From NCBI GenBank assembly GCA_048938105.1, contig JBHLMN010000016.1, positions 64,001 through 128,000 on the forward strand: a stretch of DNA of 64,000 nt, read 5' to 3'. Positions 40,092 through 51,135 of the stretch are shown piece by piece. This stretch comes from Promethearchaeota archaeon (GTDB lineage Archaea; Asgardarchaeota; Heimdallarchaeia; Hodarchaeales; Hodarchaeaceae). The notes under the pieces are model-generated. The model was not told where the DNA came from. It was given only the letters and a program-made list of their open reading frames with translations, and made no database searches. The stretch's first letter is position 1, and every line of letters starts with the position of its first letter. A program made the translations under genes and the position numbers.

Positions 40092-40685
40092 TTATTCCAC
40101 CAGAATAAAATGATTATTGAGAAACCTGATCATTTTAAGAGTAGCAAGAAAACGATGTGAAATCACATTTTTCTTAAGACCTAAGTCACCAAAAGTAAGA
40201 ATTCCATTACTTTCAGGGATAAAAATTGGGTCATAACCCCATCCTGTATCAGATCTGACATCCTCTAATATCTTACCTTTCACTCGTTCTGTGAAAATTT
40301 TGATTTCATCTTCAATTTTCAAGGCAATAGTTGATTGAAAATAGGCTTCACGATCTTTAATTTCTCTCATAAGGCCTAGGATCCCGTATAAACCAATTGT
40401 TTTGAAAATATAGGCTGAATAGGGGCCTGGAAAGCCGTTTAATTTTTTTATAAAGAGACCAGAGTCTTCTACAAATATAGGATTGTTTTTTAATCTTTTT
40501 GAACAGTTTTTTAGTGAAAAGATAGCTATTTCTTCTAAATTTGATGATTGAATTTCTAGTAAGGATGTTTGCAAAAATTTTAGTTGAATTGATGTATGTT
40601 GTTTAAATATAGCATTAATTTCATTATATTTATGTATATTGCTTGTAGCAAAGAATACTCTTAATATTCTAGGTGAATCAAACAT
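40092..40685 (-). CDS. rdgB: non-canonical purine NTP pyrophosphatase (RdgB/HAM1)
   Basis: FATSNIHK, VEDSGLFI..LNGFPGPYS, GWGYDPIF, KNVISHR. Confidence 0.93.
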   Translation of the reverse strand: MFDSPRILRVFFATSNIHKYNEINAIFKQHTSIQLKFLQTSLLEIQSSNLEEIAIFSLKNCSKRLKNNPIFVEDSGLFIKKLNGFPGPYSAYIFKTIGLYGILGLMREIKDREAYFQSTIALKIEDEIKIFTERVKGKILEDVRSDTGWGYDPIFIPESNGILTFGDLGLKKNVISHRFLATLKMIRFLNNHFILVE

Positions 40686-40823
40686 GAATGAATCTTATTG
40701 TATTGGATGAAATAAGATTTATGTATCATTCAAATTCTCCAGTAAATGGTTATTAGTGGTAGTTAAATCATATCAAACTTAACAAAATGAGATTTTAAGA
40801 TTTATTTCCCGGTGAAATAGTAA

Positions 40824-41282
40824 ATGGCGAGAATGCACGCAAGACGAAAAGGGAAAAGTGGATCTACTCGACCTATATGGAGGAAGACACCAGAGTGGGT
40901 TCCTTATTCTTCAGATGAAATTGAAAACCTAGTTGTTGAAAAAGCTAAAGAGGGCATTGGATCCGCTCAGATAGGATTGATTCTTCGAGATGCATATGCA
41001 ATCCCAAGTGTTAAGAAGATCACTGGGAAATCAATTACAAGTATCATGAATGAGAATGATTTAGGGTCAAAAATGCCCGAAGATTTCCTGAATCTTGTTC
41101 GTCGAGCGTCAAATCTGCGCAAACATCTCGATAGCGGCAATAAAAAGGATAAACACTCAAGACGTGGACTTCAACTTATTGAATCGAAGATCAGACGTCT
41201 AGTAAAATATTATCGAAAAAAAGGTATTTTTGAACCAGACTTTAAGTATGAGCCATCTAAGGCTACACTTTATTTAAGATAG
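40824..41282 (+). CDS. rps15: 30S ribosomal protein uS15
   Basis: [30 protein letters not shown]. Confidence 0.97.
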   Translation: MARMHARRKGKSGSTRPIWRKTPEWVPYSSDEIENLVVEKAKEGIGSAQIGLILRDAYAIPSVKKITGKSITSIMNENDLGSKMPEDFLNLVRRASNLRKHLDSGNKKDKHSRRGLQLIESKIRRLVKYYRKKGIFEPDFKYEPSKATLYLR

Positions 41283-41376
41283 GTTGATTTCTATCTTTTG
41301 TAGTAAAGGTTTACACCTTTAACATATTGATCACATTCAAAAGTCGGAATAAAAAAGGATTTACGAAGGTTCTCCC

Positions 41377-42282
41377 TTGTCAGAACAAGACATTGAGTCA
41401 TTTCTTCTAAAGATCTCTAATATGGAAGCATTAGCTCGAGATATCAAACAACAACGGGAAGAATTTAATCGAAAAGTTACTTCAATAGCCAATAAGCGGA
41501 ATCTGTTGAATGAACAGGTTAAAGAGCTAATTAAAACCGCAAAAGAAGAACGAGAAAAGCGTGATAAATGTAATGAAGCAATTTCAAAGATCAAAGAAAA
41601 AAAATTGCTTTTACTGAAAGAAGTTGAAGGATTTGAGGAACAAGCTCGGAGGTTAGACCAGCAATTAAATGGAGCTCAGGAGAAAAAAGATCAACCCAAG
41701 CGCCGATCGGAACTTTCTGCGAAAAAAATACGACATAACATTCAAGAGTTAGAATGGAAGATCCAAACAACCTCTAATTTATCAATTACAGAGGAGAGAG
41801 AAATTGTTGAAAAAATTACTCGGCTCGAGCAAAAATTTCGTGAGGTTCGTGAAACAGATGTTGTTGCTCGAGATCTTAGAACCATAACAAGTCGAATTAA
41901 TGTGTTAAAAGCCAGGTTCAGGGGTTTTGAAAATGAACTTCGATCTCAAGCTCGTGAAAGCAGGTTTCACCATAAAACAATGATCCAGGCATTTAAGAAC
42001 GCTGATATTTTACGAAAACAAGCTGATGAGCTACATGCGCAATTTTTAGAAACAAAAGAACAAGCAAATTCAATTCATAATGAATATCTTAGCTATATTC
42101 GCGAAATAAGCCGAATTCGTCAAGACATTAATAAGAATAAACAAAAATATCGTGCTCAACAAGATGCTCAACGTCGTGAGAAGATTGAAGAAAAAACAGA
42201 GGATGCCAAGAAAAAATTTGAGGAAGGTCGAAAGCTATCGTTTGAAGAGTTTCGTACATTAATTGATAAAGGTTTAATCTAA
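41377..42282 (+). CDS. archaeal coiled-coil protein (COG1340-like)
   Basis: Continuous heptad-rich sequence, LEWKIQT..L...EEREIV, C-terminal GRKLSFEE. Confidence 0.75.
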   Translation: MSEQDIESFLLKISNMEALARDIKQQREEFNRKVTSIANKRNLLNEQVKELIKTAKEEREKRDKCNEAISKIKEKKLLLLKEVEGFEEQARRLDQQLNGAQEKKDQPKRRSELSAKKIRHNIQELEWKIQTTSNLSITEEREIVEKITRLEQKFREVRETDVVARDLRTITSRINVLKARFRGFENELRSQARESRFHHKTMIQAFKNADILRKQADELHAQFLETKEQANSIHNEYLSYIREISRIRQDINKNKQKYRAQQDAQRREKIEEKTEDAKKKFEEGRKLSFEEFRTLIDKGLI

Positions 42283-42389
42283 TATTCTTATAATTAAATC
42301 AACTAAAATCTAATCAAAATCAAGATTAATAATTAACTAATATATTTAGAGTCTTCAAGAGATTTACCAATACTACGGAGAAAGTTAAC

Positions 42390-43778
42390 TTGACAAATAA
42401 GACCTCATTTTTCGAGGCATGTCAATTAGTCGCTGAAGATATACAAAAAACTAAAAGTAATTATCCTATCCATATTTTTTCACATTTTGACGCAGATGGG
42501 TTGGCTGCAGCTTCGATACTTACTGCAACTCTCTCAAGAGAGGATATTAACTTCCAAATTCGCATTCTTGAGCGTTTGGAATATGATACATTGAATAATC
42601 TCAAGGATACATTACCTCATGAAAGTACTGTCATTTTTTCAGATATAGGGACGGGTGTTATTGAAGCATTTTCACAGTGGACACAATCTCATGATATTTT
42701 CATCTTGGATCATCATTTCCCCACTTCAAAGGTTGAATTAAGTAAAAACATTAGACATCTCAATCCTCATTACTATTCTATTAACGGAACTACTGAATTG
42801 AGCGGTGCAGGTGTAGCTTACTTTGTTTCTATTCATATAAATCCTCATAATAAGTATCTATCACCATTAGCTCTTATTGGAGCTCTAGGGGATCGTCAAG
42901 ATCAGGGAGAACATTCATCTGTAGTGGGACTCAATGAACTCATTGTCAAAGACGCAAAAAAGCTAGAAACACTGTCGGATGATGTTTCTGTATGGTTTTT
43001 TGACCGAACTCGTCCCATTATCTCAGTTTTAAGACGTGCTGAATTTCTAGGTTTTGAGAATGAAATAGAAATCAGAGCTTTTCTGGAAAAGCTAAATATT
43101 CCCTTTAGAAAAGGGGAATATGAAAGGCCTTTTTATGATTTAAATGAAGATGAATGTCGGCGTTTAGCATCTGAATTAATTGTACAATATAATGTAGATC
43201 CTGATGAAATTTATAAAAGGGATTATCAGTTGAATCAAGAAAAAATAGACTTTTTAAGAGATGCTCGTGTTTTTGCATCAAAATTAAATGCTTGTGGAAA
43301 GTTACTCCGTCAAGACATTGGAATATCATTGTGTCTTGGTGACCGTCAGACAACTTTACGTGATCTCAAATTAGTAGAGAATGAATATTCTAGGATTATA
43401 GCACAGAATTTGAACTGGGCATTATCTGAAGATCATTTACAGGAATTACCAGCCATTTATTTATTAGATGGACGAAAATCAATTAATGAGAGAATGATAG
43501 GGACAGTAATTTCAATTCTCAGTTCTAGGAGAGAATTAAAACCAAAACCATTTTTAGGATGTGCGCTTACAGCAGCAGGAAAAGTCAAGATAAGTATGAG
43601 ATTATCTCATTTTCAAAATCAACGGATGGATCTTGGTTCGATATTAAGTCAAATTATTCGAGATATCGCACCAGAATCAGAAGTCGGAGGACATGCTGCT
43701 GCTGCGGGAGCTATAATTTCTGAGAGTTATCTGAGTGATTTTATAGCTCAAGTTAACCAGTTTATTCTAGAAGGGTGA
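42390..43778 (+). CDS. RecJ/Cdc45-like DHH phosphoesterase
   Basis: SHFDADG, FSDIG, ILDHH, GALGDRQD, GGHAAAAGA; rps15-DHH-pcc1 synteny. Confidence 0.9.
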   Translation: MTNKTSFFEACQLVAEDIQKTKSNYPIHIFSHFDADGLAAASILTATLSREDINFQIRILERLEYDTLNNLKDTLPHESTVIFSDIGTGVIEAFSQWTQSHDIFILDHHFPTSKVELSKNIRHLNPHYYSINGTTELSGAGVAYFVSIHINPHNKYLSPLALIGALGDRQDQGEHSSVVGLNELIVKDAKKLETLSDDVSVWFFDRTRPIISVLRRAEFLGFENEIEIRAFLEKLNIPFRKGEYERPFYDLNEDECRRLASELIVQYNVDPDEIYKRDYQLNQEKIDFLRDARVFASKLNACGKLLRQDIGISLCLGDRQTTLRDLKLVENEYSRIIAQNLNWALSEDHLQELPAIYLLDGRKSINERMIGTVISILSSRRELKPKPFLGCALTAAGKVKISMRLSHFQNQRMDLGSILSQIIRDIAPESEVGGHAAAAGAIISESYLSDFIAQVNQFILEG

Positions 43779-43787
43779 TTATAGTGG

Positions 43788-44042
43788 ATGTCTATCATAA
43801 ATATAAACGTAATAATTAAGATAAGTGGATCTAAAGAGAGGGTCGAGATTATTCAAGCAGCTCTTGACCCAGATAATCTTACAGCACCACCTATGGTATT
43901 TCATTCTGTTTGTGTTGCTGAAAGTCTGATCTATACAATAAAAAATGTAAAAAATATTGAAACAATGTTAGCTACCTTGATGGATTTATTATCTGCATTA
44001 CAAGCAACAGAGGGCGTCTTAAGATTACAAAGTAACCTTTAA
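43788..44042 (+). CDS. pcc1: KEOPS complex subunit Pcc1
   Basis: ALDPDN motif, ...TMLATLMDLLSAL helix; size and synteny. Confidence 0.75.
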   Translation: MSIININVIIKISGSKERVEIIQAALDPDNLTAPPMVFHSVCVAESLIYTIKNVKNIETMLATLMDLLSALQATEGVLRLQSNL

Positions 44043-44644
44043 TCCAAGATACCTTTCAAAATTCGCGTTTTTTGGACTTCTACTCCTTTCAATGGATAAA
44101 TTGGTTTACACTGAAAATAGACAAGTGAAGATAACTTACCTCCAGTTGCTTCTCGAATAAAATCTTCACTACTGAGTTCTCCCGCGCGGTTTGCGATAAC
44201 ATCTAACATTCTACGTCTAATTGCATCCTTTTTACTTGTTTTTGAACGATGAGCTGTGAAACCTGTAACCGTAACTCTAAAAGGAACACCATCTTTAGTT
44301 TTCACTGTACTGATACTGTCTATACGTGTTCGTCGTCGTCTAACAAGAAATCTTAGGTAATCTCTCGCAAAAGAATGGCCTTTAAATCTAGTTCGTGCTT
44401 TATTGCCAACAACTTCAACAATCTGAAACTCTAACTTCACATGCATCTTTGAATAATCATTATTTATGTCTGCAAGTGAAACTTCAATGACACGGCCTAT
44501 CAGTTTATCAGGATCATCAGCTATAGTTTCCCCTATAATCTTTTCCTCACCCTCTAAAAAACCGGATGGGGTGTAAATTTGATATAACTGCTTAGTAGAC
44601 CACTTATCTACCATTCTACGAGATGATCGTGACCGATGACTCAA
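44039..44644 (-). CDS. rps3ae: 30S ribosomal protein eS1 (S3Ae)
   Basis: DKWSTKQ.Y, GRVIEVSLAD, RDYLRFLVRRR, IYPLKGVEV.K. Confidence 0.95.
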   Translation of the reverse strand: MSHRSRSSRRMVDKWSTKQLYQIYTPSGFLEGEEKIIGETIADDPDKLIGRVIEVSLADINNDYSKMHVKLEFQIVEVVGNKARTRFKGHSFARDYLRFLVRRRRTRIDSISTVKTKDGVPFRVTVTGFTAHRSKTSKKDAIRRRMLDVIANRAGELSSEDFIREATGGKLSSLVYFQCKPIYPLKGVEVQKTRILKGILD

Positions 44645-45224
44645 TAACTATTAGCTCCTTATTTTTTACCGTCAAAAACATACAATAAGCCGAGATTTAG
44701 AGTGGTCTTTAAGAGTTCTGTTGTGTTAACTTCTCTGAAAATCCCAAATGTTTTCTTAATTAAACCAATCTAAGATAGACAGAATTCTTTATGCTATGAC
44801 AAAGATTTCCAAAGAAAGCACGGATAAGTTTTACTAATAATTCAAGTCAGTTAATTTGAAAACCTTTTCCTTTAAATGTGGGATGAATGACAAGAAAGGA
44901 TGTTTTTAAGGACATTAAAGACAAATTGATTCTAGAAAACTCACATTAAGGGAGTAAGGGAATAAAGATTTATTTTCAAACACTAAAAAAGATTTTTCAT
45001 CTCATTCTGAGAGATCGTACAGACTTCTCAACTCTAGGAGGCTGTTGTTCACAAATGGAAGTCCTGGTGAAAATTGGATATATTAATATTATTTTTAACT
45101 TTCAAAAACTGGATGAAAATCCAAGAGGAAGTACTCTTCAAAGTTATATATTGAGCTCTCAAAGAGATATTTTCCAACACATTTCTTTTTTTTGATTTAA
45201 TTTTTGATAAAAAAAGAGTTAGAA

Positions 45225-45359
45225 TTATATTTCCATTTCCTCTTCCAGATCTACTTCTTCTTCATTGTAGAATAATAGATAAGCCAATATTAAGAGAAGA
45301 GCAATAATAACCAAAGCACTAGCAATGAATCTCGCATAATACCAATTGATAAGCGCCAA
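45225..45359 (-). CDS. 44-aa single-TM microprotein with acidic tail (not in ORF track)
   Basis: MALINWYYARFIASALVIIALLLILAYLLFYNEEEVDLEEEMEI; TTG start with GGAG upstream and a T-tract downstream. Confidence 0.55.
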   Translation of the reverse strand: MALINWYYARFIASALVIIALLLILAYLLFYNEEEVDLEEEMEI

Positions 45360-45585
45360 AAATTAATATCTCCGTTGTTTTTTTAGCAAAATATTACTGA
45401 ATAATGCTTCTTTCTTAATAAATTTAAATATTATATTCGAGAGTTTCTTAACTCTCCTCAAGCTTCAAATCTTTTTTTTAGTTATCTTCTGGATTTTTTC
45501 GAAATATGATCATTCTTGAGGTTCTAGAATCATTTCCTTTCGTTTAATCAGTTAGAACACAGTCGGGGACTAATGTCAATGAATT

Positions 45586-47070
45586 CTAAGAATTATTGTG
45601 ATCGGCTCTCCACGCTTCTTTGTACTTTTCTGCCATTGTTTCTAAGTCTAGTGTTATATTTTCCCTACAAAAGGTTCTTGATCTAATTCGAAAGAATGTT
45701 GGGTAATTGATACATTCTCCAACCAACAAAGCCTCCCCAATTTCTAAATCAGGAATCATTTTAAGTGTAGAACGATCAATACCTTCAGAAGTTCTTCCAA
45801 TAAAATCCTGGTCATAGGGGTTTCTTATACGAAGAATTAAATTGGTATTACATTGAGAAAGAGCTGTTACAGATAGATTTACAGGACGTTGTGATATTAA
45901 ACATAATGAAGCATAAAATTTCCTTCCTTCACGCGCAATTGTTTCTATAATCCGTTTTGAAATAGAGCGAGAGCCTTCTGGGCAGAATTGATGAGCTTCT
46001 TCAACCACAAACAAAGATGGGGGAATTTTACCTATTCTACGTTGATAATAAAAGTATTTCAGAAAATGTAATACAATAATGCTTCGACTTCGTTGATTAT
46101 GAATCTCTGATAAGTCCAAAATAATTATCTTACCAGGTTGAAAAAGGTCTGCAAGATTAGGACTAGTTTCTGTAGAAAACAGATATGTGCGTTGTAAAGA
46201 GTATAACCAGCCAATTAGTGCTTCTTTTGTGCGAACATTGATTTTCTCTGAAGTTTCAATTTTTTGAATGATATCCTGTAAACCATAAAGATTTCTATTC
46301 TTTTGTCGAATATTAGAAATGATATTATCTAAAACTCTCGTTTGGACTACTGAAATTTCTGGAATGAACTCCGAAATTTCCCACGCTGATAATTCTGGGA
46401 CTCCAATTGATATGAAAGAACCATTAATGACTTCAATCTTTGTATCTTCTGCCTTGGTTGGTAAGATGTTGGAATATTCCCCATGAGGATCTATGACAAG
46501 AACACTCATTTTTCCAGTTTTGTATAACTCTTCCAATAGAATAGATATAGCATATGATTTTCCTGCACCAGATATTGCTAATATTGCAATATGTTTCCGT
46601 AATAATCTGGAAAGATTTATCTTTATTTTGACATTATTTGAAGGAAGATCTCCCCAATATATCCCATTCTCATCAAGACCTAAAAACTTCGATATAACTG
46701 ATGCTGAAGCAACATATACCTTTGACCCAGGAGAGACAGGAAACTTCAATCGGGTTATTCTGCTGTTTTCGAAATTTATTTCTCCAAGCGGTTTTACATT
46801 TACCAAAGTGCTTTCCCATTCTTTGATAGGAAAAATGGCTTCATAATCTCGTGATGCAATCTCATGAATGCTTGAGTCTAAAGTTTCATAATAAGCGTTA
46901 CATTTCTTTATTCCCGTAATAATACCTAAAACTGTTTGATTTTTATTCTTCGGAATGGTCACAAATAGTCCTCTCTCAATCTGAGGATGATCATTCTTAT
47001 CGAGGATTAATTCTATATTCTCTAGACTTGGTGAGTCTGATGTAGTAACTACTGTTCCAATTGTAGTCAT
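45586..47070 (-). CDS. herA: HerA DNA double-strand break repair helicase
   Basis: HAS-barrel-like N-terminus, HIAILAISGAGKS, IDPHGEY, VEEAHQFCP, IAREGRKF, SQRP. Confidence 0.92.
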   Translation of the reverse strand: MTTIGTVVTTSDSPSLENIELILDKNDHPQIERGLFVTIPKNKNQTVLGIITGIKKCNAYYETLDSSIHEIASRDYEAIFPIKEWESTLVNVKPLGEINFENSRITRLKFPVSPGSKVYVASASVISKFLGLDENGIYWGDLPSNNVKIKINLSRLLRKHIAILAISGAGKSYAISILLEELYKTGKMSVLVIDPHGEYSNILPTKAEDTKIEVINGSFISIGVPELSAWEISEFIPEISVVQTRVLDNIISNIRQKNRNLYGLQDIIQKIETSEKINVRTKEALIGWLYSLQRTYLFSTETSPNLADLFQPGKIIILDLSEIHNQRSRSIIVLHFLKYFYYQRRIGKIPPSLFVVEEAHQFCPEGSRSISKRIIETIAREGRKFYASLCLISQRPVNLSVTALSQCNTNLILRIRNPYDQDFIGRTSEGIDRSTLKMIPDLEIGEALLVGECINYPTFFRIRSRTFCRENITLDLETMAEKYKEAWRADHNNS

Positions 47071-47091
47071 GGTAATCTCACTTATTGTAAT

Positions 47092-48183
47092 TCAAAATTT
47101 CCAGGGGGCCCTTTTTCTACGGTAAAACCAAAAATCTGGAGTTGGATGTCGAATACGTATAAGTTGGAAAAGCGCATCTATTTCAGTTTCCTTTATTTTC
47201 GCTCGTGCATCTGCTTCGACGATAGGTGCAGGAATTCCATAATTCTTGTTATATTGAGAGACAGGTAAAATTGCCTCTGAGATGAAATTAATCTCCTTTA
47301 TAAGATCAGGTTGATCTCTATTAATCGATTGGAATAATTCTATACGAAGAGGGATGTCAAAGGGTGCAGTCTTAAGATAATATGCATAAAGCGCAAATTC
47401 CTGACTAAATTTCTTTGATATGTTAAACTGACGGTAATAAGCCATAGATCGAACGTTGGGTTCTAAAAGGTAGTAAAACAGATCCATGTCACGACTTCTA
47501 TTAATTATTCTACGGTAATCTAAAGAAAGAATATCAGCCAATTCTTCAGCAACGAAGGGAATAACTTGACCAAGGAATTTTGTGAACAAATTTAATCTAC
47601 TATCTTTAACAATCCAAGCCATTTTAATTCCCTGTTTTCTTGCAAGTAAGACTAATCTTGAAAGAATAGATAAATAACTCTGGTAATAATTCAGAATTTT
47701 TTGGTTCTTTGTAAGAGGTTTTCTTATAACAGGACTTCCATCTAAAAGAAGGATATCTAATTTTTTGGTACTCTGCTCAAGGACTTGAGATGCTATTTGC
47801 AATTCAGTAATCGCTCGGCGAATCGCTCCCATATTCTCGAAATCTATTGAAGATAAACCTACATCAGATACAGTGATCTCTAAGGGAGGGGTTCTAGCAG
47901 GATAATAGGTAGTTTTTTGAATTCCTTCTGCCGTGTAAGTCGAAAATACAGCGATGGCACGAAAAGCAAAGATATCAAAGCCAATAAACAAACGTGAAGC
48001 ATATCCCCCATCAATGCCTCCCATTGTTAATCCCGAAATGTCTTGAGGGAATAGTTGAGTAAACATTCGGTTATCATAAATCAAATTATGTAGATGTGGA
48101 GGTAGATCTGAGAGATCAGGGTTTAAAGAACGCAAAATTTTACAAAATTCAATTTTTTGCGAATTTATTCTTGTTATATCCAT
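47092..48183 (-). CDS. nurA: NurA nuclease
   Basis: GIDGG, LLDGS, IVKDS, YGIPAPIVEADARAKI; directly upstream of herA. Confidence 0.9.
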   Translation of the reverse strand: MDITRINSQKIEFCKILRSLNPDLSDLPPHLHNLIYDNRMFTQLFPQDISGLTMGGIDGGYASRLFIGFDIFAFRAIAVFSTYTAEGIQKTTYYPARTPPLEITVSDVGLSSIDFENMGAIRRAITELQIASQVLEQSTKKLDILLLDGSPVIRKPLTKNQKILNYYQSYLSILSRLVLLARKQGIKMAWIVKDSRLNLFTKFLGQVIPFVAEELADILSLDYRRIINRSRDMDLFYYLLEPNVRSMAYYRQFNISKKFSQEFALYAYYLKTAPFDIPLRIELFQSINRDQPDLIKEINFISEAILPVSQYNKNYGIPAPIVEADARAKIKETEIDALFQLIRIRHPTPDFWFYRRKRAPWKF

Positions 48184-48861
48184 TAAATAATCGTTTATTT
48201 CATTAAAAGCATTTTCAATAATAGTATGAATGAATAATACTCTCCTAGATTACTATTACAAGCCATTTAAATACTTTGGAACATTTTTAATAATAGAACA
48301 AGTTTCATTAAACTTGTATTCTTTGTTTATTTAACGAGTTCGAAGACTCTGTTATGCAATCTAGTTCCACTAAATAAGGTACCAATTTTTAGGTTAGTAT
48401 GAAGCGATTTTTGTAATGATTTTCATTTAATCCTGAAAGACTTTCTAAGACTGAAACCATTTTTTTTAGAATATTAAGTTAAATTTTCAGAATCTAGATC
48501 GTCAAGAAGCCCCTGAATCCATTTATGAGTTATAAGCTAGAATTACCAAGGTTTGAACTACTTGTTTTTCTTACGAAAGATTACTAGGATTCTATAGCGA
48601 AAGTACCTTATTCACAAGTTGATTTTATTCTTAATTGGCTCTACAATAACTTTAGCAATCTCTTAAATATTCCTCCTGTATCATTTAAATAGAGCAGCAA
48701 CAGCCGCTTCTTCTGGGTTCTTGCTGATCTTTATCAACAGATCCTGAGTCAAATGATTATAATAGGATGTAAAAATTACTAAGATCATTGGAACCCTCTT
48801 AAAATCGTTTTACTAAGGTTAAAATAATACATCCCACGTTTAAAGAAAGGACGGAAAATAA

Positions 48862-49386
48862 ATGGCTGACATTCCGGGTGATAAAGCTCAATCCGAAATT
48901 ATACGTCTGAGAAAAATCCGTGAAAATTTAAAACATAAACGGCCTTCTTTTCGGCGGATTGAATCTTGGCGTTATAAGCGAGTAAAAGAAAGATGGCGAA
49001 AAGCACGTGGGATTGATTCTAAAACCCGCAAAAAGAAAAGTGGGTGGCCAATTTCTCCAATGATTGGTTTTCGAAGTCCTAAAAAAGTTCGTTACCAGTC
49101 ATCTTCAGGAAAAGAAGAAATTTTAGTATTTTCAACCGTAGATCTATCATTAATTGATGCAAATCGCCAAGTTGGTCGCATTGCAGCGAATATAGGAAGG
49201 AAAAAGAAAGAACAAATCATTATGGAAGCTGAATTACTCAATATTCATATTTTAAATCCTATTTCAGCAAAAATAGATTTAGGCGATCTTGAAGAAGAGT
49301 TAGAGCTTGATGATGAGCTCTTAGAAGAGATAGACATTGAAGATCTAGAATTATCAGAGGACGAAGAACTTGGTGAAGAAGAATGA
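48862..49386 (+). CDS. rpl32e: 50S ribosomal protein eL32 with acidic C-terminal extension
   Basis: FRRIESWRYKR...WRKARGIDSK, GFRSPK. Confidence 0.95.
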   Translation: MADIPGDKAQSEIIRLRKIRENLKHKRPSFRRIESWRYKRVKERWRKARGIDSKTRKKKSGWPISPMIGFRSPKKVRYQSSSGKEEILVFSTVDLSLIDANRQVGRIAANIGRKKKEQIIMEAELLNIHILNPISAKIDLGDLEEELELDDELLEEIDIEDLELSEDEELGEEE

Positions 49387-49850
49387 ACTTGACTCCCCAG
49401 AAGAAAATTGCGGCAAAAATATTAGGTGTTGGCGTCAGACGTGTTTGGATCGATCCAGATATAGAAGAGGATCTGTCATTGGCGTTGACTCGAGACGATG
49501 TTCGAAAATTAATATCAGATAGAGTTATTCGAAAGAAGAGCATTAAGGGGGTTTCAAAGGGACGTACACGTTTAACACAAATTCAAAAACGACGAGGGCA
49601 ACGAAGGGGTCATGGGAAACGTAAAGGACGTGCTGGAGCTCGACAACCTAGTAAAATGGGTTGGATCAACAAAGTACGGAGTCAACGGAGATATCTTCGT
49701 GGTTTACGTGATAACAAGCTTATCAGTCCAGCACAATACAGAAAACTCTATTTTAAAGTGAAAGGAAATTCCTATCGGAGTGTTACTCATCTTCGAAACT
49801 CAATTGAAGATATGGGTATTATTAAAAAGCCCAAGAAGAAGAGGCGGTAG
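49383..49850 (+). CDS. rpl19e: 50S ribosomal protein eL19
   Basis: GVRRVWIDP, GHGKRKG, YRKLYFKVKGN. Confidence 0.97.
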   Translation: MNLTPQKKIAAKILGVGVRRVWIDPDIEEDLSLALTRDDVRKLISDRVIRKKSIKGVSKGRTRLTQIQKRRGQRRGHGKRKGRAGARQPSKMGWINKVRSQRRYLRGLRDNKLISPAQYRKLYFKVKGNSYRSVTHLRNSIEDMGIIKKPKKKRR

Positions 49851-49855
49851 TTCTA

Positions 49856-50446
49856 ATGGCTAGAAATGCAAGATATCGTATTCCTTTCAGACGTCGTCGT
49901 GAAGGGAAGACAAATTATCATTTGAGGAGAAGACTTGTTAGAAGTAACAGAATAAGAGCTGTTGTGCGTGTAACAAACAGTCATTGTTTAGTACAATTTG
50001 TAAAAGCCCGCATTGCTGGAGATGTTACTCTTTCTGCTTCACATTCTCGTGAATTGAAGAATTATAACTGGAATACTGCTACTTCAAATCTTCCTAGCGC
50101 ATATCTAGTTGGATTATTAGCAGGATTAAAAGCAAAAGATGCAGGAATATCCAATGCTATTCTTGATATTGGGCTTAATCCTCCGGTATATGGCTCTCGT
50201 ATTTTTGCAGCCCTAAAAGGAATTGTCGATGCAGGAATAGAGGTTCCTCACTCAGACAAGATTTTTCCTACTAATACTCGGTTAAATGGAACTCACATTG
50301 CAGATTTTGCTAAAAGCCTTAAGGAAAATGATGAAGCGACATTCTACAAACAGTTCTCAAACTACACCAAACAAAAAATCGATCCAGTAAAAATACCTCA
50401 CTTTTTTGATAAAACTAAGAAGGAAATTCAAGCAAAATATCATTAA
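49856..50446 (+). CDS. rpl18: 50S ribosomal protein uL18
   Basis: RRRREGKTNY, NLPSAYLVG, GSRIFAALKG. Confidence 0.97.
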   Translation: MARNARYRIPFRRRREGKTNYHLRRRLVRSNRIRAVVRVTNSHCLVQFVKARIAGDVTLSASHSRELKNYNWNTATSNLPSAYLVGLLAGLKAKDAGISNAILDIGLNPPVYGSRIFAALKGIVDAGIEVPHSDKIFPTNTRLNGTHIADFAKSLKENDEATFYKQFSNYTKQKIDPVKIPHFFDKTKKEIQAKYH

Positions 50447-50477
50447 AACTGAAAAATTAATCTGGATGTTAATTGTA

Positions 50478-51134
50478 ATGAGCAGGACTAGAGAAATGGA
50501 AAGAAAACCCCTAGCAGTAGATTTAGAATCTTGGGTTCCACGTACCGCTGTTGGACAGATGGTGAAGGATGGAACAATTGCATCAATCTACGATATTTTT
50601 AGGGATTCCCTCAGAATGGATGATGTTCGCATTGTAGACTTCTTAGTGCCAAATTTAACCGAAACAGTGCTTGATGTTGGTCGTGTTCAGCGTCAAACTG
50701 ATGCAGGAAGAAAAACTTTATTTGTAGCTACTGCTGGTGTAGGTAACAAAAATGGAATTGTAGGTGTTTCTCAAGCTAAAGCTGCAGGAGTTGGTACAGC
50801 AATTAGAAATGCTATTGTCTTGGCCAAATTAAATATTGTACCCGTTAAAAGAGGATGTGGGAGTTGGGAATGTACCTGTAGCAATCCTCATTCTATTCCA
50901 TATCAAGTGGAGGGTAAAATTGGTAGTGTACGTGTGATACTTAAGCCTGCTCCTAAAGGATTGGGATTAGTTATTGGAGATGTGGCAAAAAGTGTACTAG
51001 AATTAGCTGGTATCTCTGATATTTGGAGTAAAACTTTTGGTGATACACGAACGACTCAAAACTTCTGTAAAGCTACATTTGAAGCACTTCGAGCAACATA
51101 TCATATTTCTCATATTAGAGAATGGGGTGATTAG
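50478..51134 (+). CDS. rps5: 30S ribosomal protein uS5
   Basis: WVPRT..G, QRQTDAG, RGCGSWEC, PAPKGLGL; ATG at 50478 avoids overlap with rpl18. Confidence 0.96.
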   Translation: MSRTREMERKPLAVDLESWVPRTAVGQMVKDGTIASIYDIFRDSLRMDDVRIVDFLVPNLTETVLDVGRVQRQTDAGRKTLFVATAGVGNKNGIVGVSQAKAAGVGTAIRNAIVLAKLNIVPVKRGCGSWECTCSNPHSIPYQVEGKIGSVRVILKPAPKGLGLVIGDVAKSVLELAGISDIWSKTFGDTRTTQNFCKATFEALRATYHISHIREWGD

Positions 51135-51135
51135 A

